The notes under the pieces are model-generated. The model worked only from the letters and a program-made list of their open reading frames with translations, did not search any database and was not told where the DNA came from. A stretch of DNA of 64,000 bases. It comes from a virus. Positions 9,433 to 18,028 of the stretch are shown here, piece after piece; within the stretch, counting starts at the first letter, position 1; each line of letters opens with the position of its first letter. Where the stretch lies: the IMG/VR virus record IMGVR_UViG_3300012953_000001, positions 32,001 through 96,000 of that record. One strand, 5' to 3'. The translations under genes and the position numbers were made by a program.

Positions 9433-9924
9433 TTAAGACCATGGCAACACTATGGGTGTTGGCGCTGGTGTTGTCTGAAGACCAGTTATGGCCCAAGTCA
9501 ATAATACTCCGTGTAGAGCGGTTGTTGAAGGCATTGTAGATTCCGAAGGCGGTAATGCTAACAACACACTCAGATTAAGTGGCGCTGCTGGCGGTGTATG
9601 CGTAACCGGAGGCGGTGGCATAACATTACCAGGAGACGCGCATAAAGCAGCGAAGGCTGTAAAACCAACCTCTAATGCCTGCTGGCTCATAGCTTGGGGC
9701 GAAGACATAACACCTAGAGCAGCCCCTATAAAAGCTTGTTTCCCTAAGCCCAGCCCTACAGGTGTCCAGGCTGGTATAACTGACTGCTGGAAAAATGCTT
9801 CCGCAACGTTTGCCCACTTCTCAGCGGCGTTCCAGCTTTGTAGGGCTTCCTCAGATTGAGGTAGCCCACCTACAATATTTTGTACTTGAGCATCCATAGG
9901 TGCTGCTGCTGCGGCTAAAGGCAT
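9433..9924 (-). CDS. hypothetical virion protein (163 aa, Ala/Pro-rich), next to the spike gene
   Basis: start reassigned to MPLAAA at 9924 (TAATG coupling with upstream stop). Confidence 0.65.
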   Translation of the reverse strand: MPLAAAAAPMDAQVQNIVGGLPQSEEALQSWNAAEKWANVAEAFFQQSVIPAWTPVGLGLGKQAFIGAALGVMSSPQAMSQQALEVGFTAFAALCASPGNVMPPPPVTHTPPAAPLNLSVLLALPPSESTMPSTTALHGVLLTWAITGLQTTPAPTPIVLPWS

Positions 9925-11300
9925 TACGGTTTCACCTTTACTTTTTGTGACCCCACGCTCGGTGTGAACGACGGAATCATAGGCCCACTCGGACCCCAGG
10001 CGGTAACGCACTGGAACGCGGACTTCATAAAAGTTTCTAGGTCTTCGAACCGAACAACCATATTATCAGCACCTTCTCCTAGCTCTATATTCTCACTAGC
10101 TTTTAGAATCACGTCTTTACTAGTAAATTCAATACTATTAACAACTTCCCACACAACTTTCTTGCACGCCATCTTGAATTCATTGGATTTAAGAAACTCG
10201 GCGTAAGAGTCGCCTGACGCGTCTTTAGCCCCATCGCCCCAATCTAGTCTAGCGGAGCCATGTACTGATGCGTACACATCTTTTTCTACCTCATGCCGAA
10301 TACTTCCCTTAGAAAAAACAAAGTTGTCTCCGTCCCTGTTTAACTGGAAGGCGTAAGTCACCTTTCCGCTATTATCACCATCATCGTGATTATAAACAGT
10401 AATACTTATAACACCCTTCTCTTCTGCGGTAATACCCTCTTCTGGTGGACCGCCCCTACTTTGCATAAGATCGGCATTTGCAAAAATATGTTCTGCATCC
10501 ACCTCGGTGTCTAATGTCTCGTCGGTTAAACGGCCTACCCTAAGCTCAACGGTATATTTGCCTTTTGACACATCTTCCTGTGCCAAATCTTTGATATTGT
10601 ACCGCACGATGCAGGGGGTTTCTTCTGCGGTCTTAAGCGCGTTCTTTTGGCCCTCGTCTAAAAAATAGTTGGACGATGGTACGCTTCCTGTCCCCCCTGC
10701 TGGATTCTCTCCTGCGGAAAGAACAGCGTGCCCCCATTCAATTTCTCCTACCGGGGAAAAAGCTTGGTACCTTTGGAAGTAGTCCCTAATGACGTTTTCC
10801 ACGGGCAGGTACACTCTTTGTGCTAGTCCCGTAGCCCCGATCTGGACTATTCCACCCCTACGCAAGACAATTTGATTCTCGTCTACGGTGCTCAGCATGA
10901 TGTCGCCAGCTTCAAGTGGATCTCTAAACCCACGATAACTAGGCCCCAAATCTTGGTGAGACTCGTCTATCGTATCCTCGTCCTCGTCCGCCTCATTCGC
11001 GGCCTGCGTGACAGGGGTCAACACAAACCCCAGGATAAAAGATGTCCGATCTGCGCAAGAGCAGATGTAGCAAAGCGAATCAACCTCGGGTATGAAGTTT
11101 ATGCCTCCAGCATGGTCTCTATTACAGTAAGGGACCATGAATGGGATATCCACCATCGTCTGCATGGTGAACACTGTTTGAACGTCCACAGTCCACTCTT
11201 TGACGTTCACATTTGTGACTTTCGCCAAGGTTATCTTTGGTGGCCCGTCCGCATAACCAGACTCGCTCGCGTATCCATCATTTTTTGGATCTTCTGCCAT
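9924..11300 (-). CDS. baseplate central spike-like protein (gp5/gpV type)
   Basis: N-terminal OB-fold-like LAKVTNVNVKEWTVDVQT...GGINFIPEVDS; C-terminal beta-strand repeats ending in GPSGP. Confidence 0.65.
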   Translation of the reverse strand: MAEDPKNDGYASESGYADGPPKITLAKVTNVNVKEWTVDVQTVFTMQTMVDIPFMVPYCNRDHAGGINFIPEVDSLCYICSCADRTSFILGFVLTPVTQAANEADEDEDTIDESHQDLGPSYRGFRDPLEAGDIMLSTVDENQIVLRRGGIVQIGATGLAQRVYLPVENVIRDYFQRYQAFSPVGEIEWGHAVLSAGENPAGGTGSVPSSNYFLDEGQKNALKTAEETPCIVRYNIKDLAQEDVSKGKYTVELRVGRLTDETLDTEVDAEHIFANADLMQSRGGPPEEGITAEEKGVISITVYNHDDGDNSGKVTYAFQLNRDGDNFVFSKGSIRHEVEKDVYASVHGSARLDWGDGAKDASGDSYAEFLKSNEFKMACKKVVWEVVNSIEFTSKDVILKASENIELGEGADNMVVRFEDLETFMKSAFQCVTAWGPSGPMIPSFTPSVGSQKVKVKP

Positions 11301-14300
11301 TAATATGGCCCTCCCTTGGACTTGTCTTTATGCCCAAACTCCGCGCTATAAGCTAAGCCCGGTGCTGGGTGGAGTCCGTGAATATCGGACTCCCATCCCT
11401 CATTGGCTGCTCTGATAAAGGTCTCCTTCAGCTTTCTGTACTGGAGTCTGGCTAGCCAATCTGTTGTTTGATCCAGCGGCAAGGTCTCTACACCACGAAG
11501 AACTGGCACTGTCTGTATAGGATTCTTCATAGTTTTATTTAGTGACCCTGCATGGGATAAAGAAATGTAGTCGCCTCGGATAAACTTAGGGGAGTCTCCT
11601 GGGTCAACAACTTTGCCGAGGTTGGTAAGCGCCTTGGTGACAACCTCAACATTTCTTTTCTTAATGCCCTCACTGGCATAGACCTTGTGGATCTCGTCTG
11701 CCAGATACCGCTGAACTGTTTCTATGTTCGTCTTTTCAAGAAGATCGTGTGGGTTTATTATGCCCGACGAAATAGGCTGTCCCTTACGGATCTTCTGTCC
11801 CTTTTTAACTGTGACCCTAAGGTTCCCAGGAATGTAAGCGTCCTGCGTACCTATGACTAAGTCATACCCACCAACAGGGCTCTCCTTGACGGATTTAACC
11901 TCTCCAGCCATAGGGGAAAGGGTCGCTGCATGAGCCAGGGTTTCTGGCATCTTTAGAAGCTGGGATACACGGTCGATCCCGCCAACAACGGAGCTTCCTC
12001 CTCCTGCGACACCACCTGTATGGAAAGCTTTCATGGAAAGCTGCGTTCCGCGTTCACCAATAGCAGTTCCCGCGATTAGCCCAATATTTGTGCCTTTGGA
12101 GATAACTGTTCCGTCATCGGTGACCCCGTAACACTTAGAGCATAAGCCCTTGGAAAGTTCACACTTCAGGGGCGATCTAGCAATAACTCGATCTACTTTC
12201 GCAGACTTGAACTTAGAAAGAAGATTAGGAGTAATAAGGGTATTCGCAGAGACCTTGAGCCCACCAGAGGAAATGGGCTTCGCAGTAAACCTATCTACTA
12301 AGTCCGAGTCCGTGACGGGTAAGGCGATGCCCTTAGTGGTTCCGCAGTCATCATTGGATACGATGTAGGAGATGGTCGTGTTAGCAATTTGCTTGTTTAA
12401 CGCCCCAGGCTTCTGGACCGACTGAACCTTTTTAATCAGGCCCGATCTCGCACCAGAAGTAGTTACCCAGTAGTCCGAAGACTTAAGTCCCTCTGAATAA
12501 GACCTTGAAATTGGGACTGGGATGACTCTGCCCTGAGCGTTCTCCACAAGCATCGGAGAAATAATCATCTGCTTCAACTGCGCCCAAGATGGTTTAACAC
12601 CGGCTTTTTCCATAGCCCTTAGCTTATTCCCGTCCTTATCTAACAAGCCCCGAGCCTCTTTACTCATGGCGTCAGAAGCATCTGTGTAAAGCTTAACAAC
12701 CTTAAGGTCTGCGGCTTCCTGGGAAAGCATGTTCATGGAAACTTGTTTGCGAATCACAGACTCTTGCTTCGCAGCTTTAGCCATGTGCTTCTCTCGAATC
12801 TCCCGCAATGGGAGGAAGTCGGAGAGCCCAAAACTAAAGCCGATGTTGTAAGCGTGCCCGAACCCAAGATCTTTAATCTTATCTGCGGTATTGGCGAACT
12901 CGGAAGGTGTCTTTGTCGCGAGGTCCCTAAGAACAGATTGTAGTCTACCCTTATCTACAACAGCCTTTGGATCCTTTAAAAATTCTTCTGACTGAATTTT
13001 GGAAGGCAGTTTGCTGTTGAAGAGCAGTCTCCCCGCTGTCGTCTTTATAGCCCCAACCTGCACAACATCTGTCATGCTTGTTTCGCCAGACTTAGCGGAG
13101 TCAATCGCTTCCTTAGCATTCTTAAAGCGGTTATTGGAACCCTTGCCCCAACGAGTGAGAAGGTACAGACCAAGCTGCCCTTCAAGGGTTGGTTGATACA
13201 TTACCCTTCCAGTAGCTGGGTTAAACAGGTTCTTGGAAGGCATCATCTTTTGTGCCTCGTCAACCGCCTCCTGCGATACAGGGACAAATACCGCCATGGT
13301 ATCCCCGTCAAAGTCAGCGTTAAATCCACCGACAACCAGTGGGTGGATGTGGATAGCAGACTCATCATGGAGCTTTGGCTTAAAGGCCATAATCCCAAAC
13401 TTATGCAGTACTGGATCTCTTTTAAAGAGTACTGGCCTCTTACTAACTGCAATATCAAGCGCCTTGTTCGCCAAGGAACTCTTCTTGTCTACTTCTTCTC
13501 GTGCCTGCAAGGGGGTGTACCCCATCTTTACAAGCTCTCTTACAACGAACGGGCGATAGATTTTCATCGCACCCTTCCGTGGCAGACCAAGCTCATCAAG
13601 ATGCAGTTCCATATTAGGCACAATAACGGAACGCATACTTATGTCTTGTCGCCTATCTACTAGCCGTTGAAGGAAGTAGCTCTGCTTAGGTGAGGATCGC
13701 CCGGACAAAATATGAAGAATCCCCGGAGGCCTTGGCTGACCGTCTGTGGTCAAGCCGCCCTGCGTCATTGTCTGGACACCCATCAGAGCTTCTGTCGCTG
13801 AGTAAAGATCCTCCCTAAGCTTAGTAATCTCACTATCCGGAAGGACCCCTTTGGCCTCGTTCAGCTTCTTATTTAGAAGAGCGATGTCTCTGTAAAGCAT
13901 GTTGACGCCATCAATGTTCAAGTCACCGCCCTCCATGGCAGTAATCGGACGGAACAGAGGCGGCAACACTGGGACGTGATCCAGTACGTAGGCTTCAGCA
14001 GCACTGATGTTGTTGTTCTTGAGCATCAAGCTGTACTTGATTTTCTTGTTGACTTTATCGAGGTCATTGCGGCGAACCGTTTTGATCTTCTCTTTTGCCT
14101 CCGCAAGCTCCTTATCAAGGTCCAGTCCTTTAAGGGCCGCAACTATGGCAGAGGGACCAGTGCTTACCCCATCACCCGACGCTACAACGTCTCCCTCGGC
14201 GTTAAACCCTAATTTACCGTCAATGATACCGTCGTACTCTTTTCCAGTAATCCCAAGGAGAGAGCGTACGCCTTTTTCGAAGACAGGATTGGGTATGGAC

Positions 14301-17300
14301 TCCGCAAGCTTGATATGCGACCAGTTCTTTCCGCCAGGACCTCCAGTAATGGTCTCGTCAAACAAACCATTCTTTTCAGGCTTCAGGTCCTTTCCTCTGA
14401 TGACCCTACTGCCGTCCTTAATTTCCCCATTAGACATTTCAACAATCTGTTTGTCCGTTAGTGGGGAAACAATCAGCCCATTACCATCCTTCTCAACATT
14501 CAGCCCTAGCGCACTCATGTAGGCTAGGAACTTCTCGTAAGCAAACGAGGGCTTCGGTGTTGGAAGCACTGCGCCTGTCTGAACCGCAGTCCAAACCTCG
14601 TCCTGCTGCTTGTCTCCCTTATAGGTTAATGCGTCCCGAATGTTCGCCGTAGCTCCATGCGCGAGCATTGCGTACAAACCAAGTTCACCAAACCGCTGTG
14701 CGCCTCCGCTCTTGCCACCGCTTTTTGGAACCAAGTTCGCGTCATAGTCGTAGCCATACCCATGTGATCTGGCGCTAAGCTTCTTATCGACTTGGTGCAT
14801 AAGCTTGAGGAAGTACTGATGTCCCACCAAGACTTTACCGAGGCTCTTCCCGGTTTGCGGGTCGAACAACTCACGCGTCTCAGAGAGCCCAGCCCCCTTT
14901 AAAGCATTATCTACAACATCACGGTAGCCCATATCACGCTCATGCTCTTTTACATGAACGGTCTTAGGGCCTGCTTTGGTCTGGATAACCCGAGTATGCG
15001 CCTTAACGCGGACAATCTTCTTCCTATCATCTGACTGAAAGTTCTCGACTGCGTACGGTTCGCCTTGGGTGTAAGCAACATTCCCAAGGCTTGTTTCCAG
15101 AACCTGCCCCGGATTGATTCGCCCAGGAACACCCGAGGGGTTTAAGACAATATGTAGTGCGTTGCCTTCTGCGTCCTTGGGCATCTCTTCATCAGGTATT
15201 ACTGCGGTAATAACACCCTTGTTTCCATGCCTACCCGTAAGCTTGTCTCCAATATCTGCTTGCTCTTCAGTCTTAACGTAGACAACGATCTCTCGACCAT
15301 TTCTAACTACGTCTGTCACGGTTCCGCGATAGGGCTTGTCCCAAGTCAGTGACTTGTTTTTATACGGTCGGACCAAAGACTTGTGAATGCCTTTGAGTAG
15401 AATCTGCTCCTTAGAAGGCTCCGTCTTTTGCAGAACGGTGACAATGGTATCGCCGGGGTCAACAACTTGACCCTTTTTGATCACACCATCTTCATCCAGC
15501 TTCACGGAATTCTCATCAGATATGGAGCCGGGGTAGTTTGCGCGAAACTTCTTTAGCCCAACACCCATACCCTTATCTATGTAAGACCGCTCTTTATGTA
15601 GGTGGTTACTAGTAAGCTTCTTGGAGGCACTCTCACTAATTACAATTCCATCCTCAAACACAAGACCCTTGTAGGGCAAGTACCCAACACGAAGGTTTGT
15701 CCCCAGGGAAAGCGTGCCGCCCCGAGTGAAGTTTGTGTCTGCGATTATTTGACCAGAGGAAACTTTGTCCCCCTTTTTCACCAGCGGATTACTGCTAATA
15801 AAAGCTTTTTTATCGTTGAGCGGGAAGTTGTCATAAAGCTGAATTTCGTGCTTCTTTCCTGCCTTGTCTTTAACCACAACTCTGGACGATGAAATGGAGT
15901 CCACAAATCCAGACACAGGTGAAGGATGCGAGGTAAACCGACCAACGATCTTTTCCCAAGTAGCGTAGTTAGGGTCCGGGTTTCCAGAAACAACCTGCAC
16001 CAGGGGCTGCTCCGGGTCCTTGAGGGAGATAGCCTGCTCAATATGTCTGGTCGCCATACCAGCGCGATTCGCTTGGTCAGATGGAAGAAACGGGACAAGA
16101 TTAGCGGTAATAGAGAACATCTGTTTTGGGGACTGTAGTACATAGTCCACATCAGAAGACGACACACGACTAGGGTCTCCACCACCTACCGGAATAACAA
16201 CAGACGTGTCTTTTTTGGGCTTAGGGGTTTTACCAGAGAAGTCGTACTGGTCTGAGAAAGATACATTGCCTAGAGTTAAATCTGCTGGAGACTTATCGTT
16301 GTATTTACCGGCCTTTACGTCAAAGACACGGATTGTAGGCGTTGTTCCTTTTTTACGGACCCCAAGAGACAGGTGCCCACTAATGCCAGAACGCTTACCC
16401 TCTGGGGTATGTACCGGATCAATAAACCCTAAGTAACTAGAGTCAATCAGCTTAGCCTCATCAGATATCGCACTGTCGTTCTGGATACCTCCGGTTCCCA
16501 TGATGGTGGTTCTTAAGAAGCCTCCAACCATATCGACAGGGTTAACTTGGGTTGTTTGTTGAGACAGCGATGTGGAAGTAAAAAATGCCTTAACGGGCAC
16601 ATTGAAAATATCAGAAGTAACAATGGCGCGGACGTTGTCCCTGCGGTCCAAATTGTTTGTCATCTTGTAGGTGATGCGCCGCTTGGAGTTGGCTATACGC
16701 TCTGGGATGTGGTCATTAATCGCCCAGAGTTCCTTGAACTGTAGCGCATCTCGGTTGTCTACCTTGTCATCACCCTTGTTAATGTTTAGGAGCTTCTCAG
16801 ACGAAGCCAGTAATGCTCCGCCTGTAACAGAGGAGAAGCCTTTGCCTAGAGTGATCTTGGTGGTGTCTTCAAGAAGCTTGGTTTTTTCAAGTGCCTCTTG
16901 AATTACTGGCACCGCCTCCGAGTCGGTCTTCGCGCCCGCTCTAGGATTGAGTGCTTTTGATAGCTTTACAAGTTCGCCGCGCTTCTTTGACTTCAGGGCG
17001 CTTGTATAGAGTTCCGTACCCCAGGTCTTCTGGATATTCTCGTCTTTTACACCTAGTGCCTGTAGCACCGGGAGTAGCTGGATATTCGATGTCCCGTAGG
17101 ACATGAGGAAACGCCTCTTGGTGGGGTCAAACCCAAGACGAAATCCTCTTCCTTCTGCCAGATTGAACTGGGACTCAAGCTCACCGTTTGCCTTACGCCT
17201 AGCGTAAACACCAGACTTCAGACGCCACTGGTTGTCTGCTTGGTACTCCGTTCCATCAACTATATAGCTATACCGCCTAGTGATCTTCGGAAGGTTCAGA

Positions 17301-17572
17301 ACTTTCAACTTCTTGGCAGAGTTAACAACCTTACCAGTCTCGTTGTTGACCAGATCGAAATTACCAAAAATACCCTGCGCCCAAGTTCTGCCACGAAGCC
17401 GTGCTTTCTTCTGTGCGCCAATGTCGTCAAGGTCTAGGGGGTCTCCCACATAGATATCCTTGGCAACAAGGGTGTGCTTCTTTCCCACCAGGGGAAAGAA
17501 CTTTTTGATTTCGTTTATTGTCCCGTCTTCGAGAGTTTCCATTACCCTCTGGGGATCTAAAACATTAGACAT
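11300..17572 (-). CDS. rpoBC: single-chain DNA-directed RNA polymerase, fused beta-beta' subunits
   Basis: beta motifs DPVHTPEG, PFLPSDQANRAGM, GDKLTGRHGNKGVI, YFLKLMHQVDKKLSARS, GAQRFGEL; beta' motifs PVLPPLFRP, RSVIVP, NADFDGD (13301-13321), CSKCYG, AIGERGTQLSMKAFHTGG; GGAGGG RBS. Confidence 0.97.
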   Translation of the reverse strand: MSNVLDPQRVMETLEDGTINEIKKFFPLVGKKHTLVAKDIYVGDPLDLDDIGAQKKARLRGRTWAQGIFGNFDLVNNETGKVVNSAKKLKVLNLPKITRRYSYIVDGTEYQADNQWRLKSGVYARRKANGELESQFNLAEGRGFRLGFDPTKRRFLMSYGTSNIQLLPVLQALGVKDENIQKTWGTELYTSALKSKKRGELVKLSKALNPRAGAKTDSEAVPVIQEALEKTKLLEDTTKITLGKGFSSVTGGALLASSEKLLNINKGDDKVDNRDALQFKELWAINDHIPERIANSKRRITYKMTNNLDRRDNVRAIVTSDIFNVPVKAFFTSTSLSQQTTQVNPVDMVGGFLRTTIMGTGGIQNDSAISDEAKLIDSSYLGFIDPVHTPEGKRSGISGHLSLGVRKKGTTPTIRVFDVKAGKYNDKSPADLTLGNVSFSDQYDFSGKTPKPKKDTSVVIPVGGGDPSRVSSSDVDYVLQSPKQMFSITANLVPFLPSDQANRAGMATRHIEQAISLKDPEQPLVQVVSGNPDPNYATWEKIVGRFTSHPSPVSGFVDSISSSRVVVKDKAGKKHEIQLYDNFPLNDKKAFISSNPLVKKGDKVSSGQIIADTNFTRGGTLSLGTNLRVGYLPYKGLVFEDGIVISESASKKLTSNHLHKERSYIDKGMGVGLKKFRANYPGSISDENSVKLDEDGVIKKGQVVDPGDTIVTVLQKTEPSKEQILLKGIHKSLVRPYKNKSLTWDKPYRGTVTDVVRNGREIVVYVKTEEQADIGDKLTGRHGNKGVITAVIPDEEMPKDAEGNALHIVLNPSGVPGRINPGQVLETSLGNVAYTQGEPYAVENFQSDDRKKIVRVKAHTRVIQTKAGPKTVHVKEHERDMGYRDVVDNALKGAGLSETRELFDPQTGKSLGKVLVGHQYFLKLMHQVDKKLSARSHGYGYDYDANLVPKSGGKSGGAQRFGELGLYAMLAHGATANIRDALTYKGDKQQDEVWTAVQTGAVLPTPKPSFAYEKFLAYMSALGLNVEKDGNGLIVSPLTDKQIVEMSNGEIKDGSRVIRGKDLKPEKNGLFDETITGGPGGKNWSHIKLAESIPNPVFEKGVRSLLGITGKEYDGIIDGKLGFNAEGDVVASGDGVSTGPSAIVAALKGLDLDKELAEAKEKIKTVRRNDLDKVNKKIKYSLMLKNNNISAAEAYVLDHVPVLPPLFRPITAMEGGDLNIDGVNMLYRDIALLNKKLNEAKGVLPDSEITKLREDLYSATEALMGVQTMTQGGLTTDGQPRPPGILHILSGRSSPKQSYFLQRLVDRRQDISMRSVIVPNMELHLDELGLPRKGAMKIYRPFVVRELVKMGYTPLQAREEVDKKSSLANKALDIAVSKRPVLFKRDPVLHKFGIMAFKPKLHDESAIHIHPLVVGGFNADFDGDTMAVFVPVSQEAVDEAQKMMPSKNLFNPATGRVMYQPTLEGQLGLYLLTRWGKGSNNRFKNAKEAIDSAKSGETSMTDVVQVGAIKTTAGRLLFNSKLPSKIQSEEFLKDPKAVVDKGRLQSVLRDLATKTPSEFANTADKIKDLGFGHAYNIGFSFGLSDFLPLREIREKHMAKAAKQESVIRKQVSMNMLSQEAADLKVVKLYTDASDAMSKEARGLLDKDGNKLRAMEKAGVKPSWAQLKQMIISPMLVENAQGRVIPVPISRSYSEGLKSSDYWVTTSGARSGLIKKVQSVQKPGALNKQIANTTISYIVSNDDCGTTKGIALPVTDSDLVDRFTAKPISSGGLKVSANTLITPNLLSKFKSAKVDRVIARSPLKCELSKGLCSKCYGVTDDGTVISKGTNIGLIAGTAIGERGTQLSMKAFHTGGVAGGGSSVVGGIDRVSQLLKMPETLAHAATLSPMAGEVKSVKESPVGGYDLVIGTQDAYIPGNLRVTVKKGQKIRKGQPISSGIINPHDLLEKTNIETVQRYLADEIHKVYASEGIKKRNVEVVTKALTNLGKVVDPGDSPKFIRGDYISLSHAGSLNKTMKNPIQTVPVLRGVETLPLDQTTDWLARLQYRKLKETFIRAANEGWESDIHGLHPAPGLAYSAEFGHKDKSKGGPY

Positions 17573-17581
17573 TAATCCCTC

Positions 17582-17621
17582 CGTGCAGACACGGCCTATT
17601 AGTTAGGTATAAGAACTATGA
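17582..17621 (+). promoter_or_regulatory. putative phage promoter, copy 2 (overlaps a CCGTG-CAGA-CACGG hairpin)
   Basis: CGTGCAGACACG at 17582 and GGTATAAGAACTATG at 17606-17620. Confidence 0.6.
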
Positions 17622-17806
17622 TGGGCAATGAGGCCCTCACCTTTAAAGCAACTCAAACAAAAGGAGTTTATGTTGTGATCAGTAATCGGAAGAAGTTGTA
17701 CCATGCACGTTCTAATTATAGAAAGATGCCTCGTGGCGCATTCTGCAAAAATAGTTGTGAAGACCTTGCAGACGCGGTTGAGGAATCTCTTAGTTCGGGG
17801 AAGTAA
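17618..17806 (+). CDS. small hypothetical protein, possibly leaderless (start 17618 or 17621)
   Basis: 62-aa ORF directly after the promoter motif, no RBS. Confidence 0.6.
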   Translation: MMGNEALTFKATQTKGVYVVISNRKKLYHARSNYRKMPRGAFCKNSCEDLADAVEESLSSGK

Positions 17807-17809
17807 CCC

Positions 17810-18028
17810 TTGAAGATTAAAAAGCCTATTAAATGCTTTATCAAACAGGGCTACTGTCGCGAACCAAAGAACTGCGGGCAGTGCAGCTACTTCCTTGAAA
17901 AAAGAGGCGGTGTCTTCTGGGTATGTTCTAAATGCCTTACGCATGATGACGACACCTCTAGCTTCTTCCAAAAAGGTCGATGTGATCGCTGTGATAACTT
18001 CGCAGCAATCCTGGTATGTGTAGATTAA
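17810..18028 (+). CDS. small Cys-rich Zn-binding-like protein
   Basis: 72 aa with 9 Cys including three CxxC pairs; TTG start. Confidence 0.65.
   Translation: MKIKKPIKCFIKQGYCREPKNCGQCSYFLEKRGGVFWVCSKCLTHDDDTSSFFQKGRCDRCDNFAAILVCVD

Noticed and set aside
11300-17572. Cellular rpoBC locus
   Set aside because: No ribosomal protein neighbours (rplL, rpsL); flanked by portal-like and spike-like genes; reduced size and missing Zn domain
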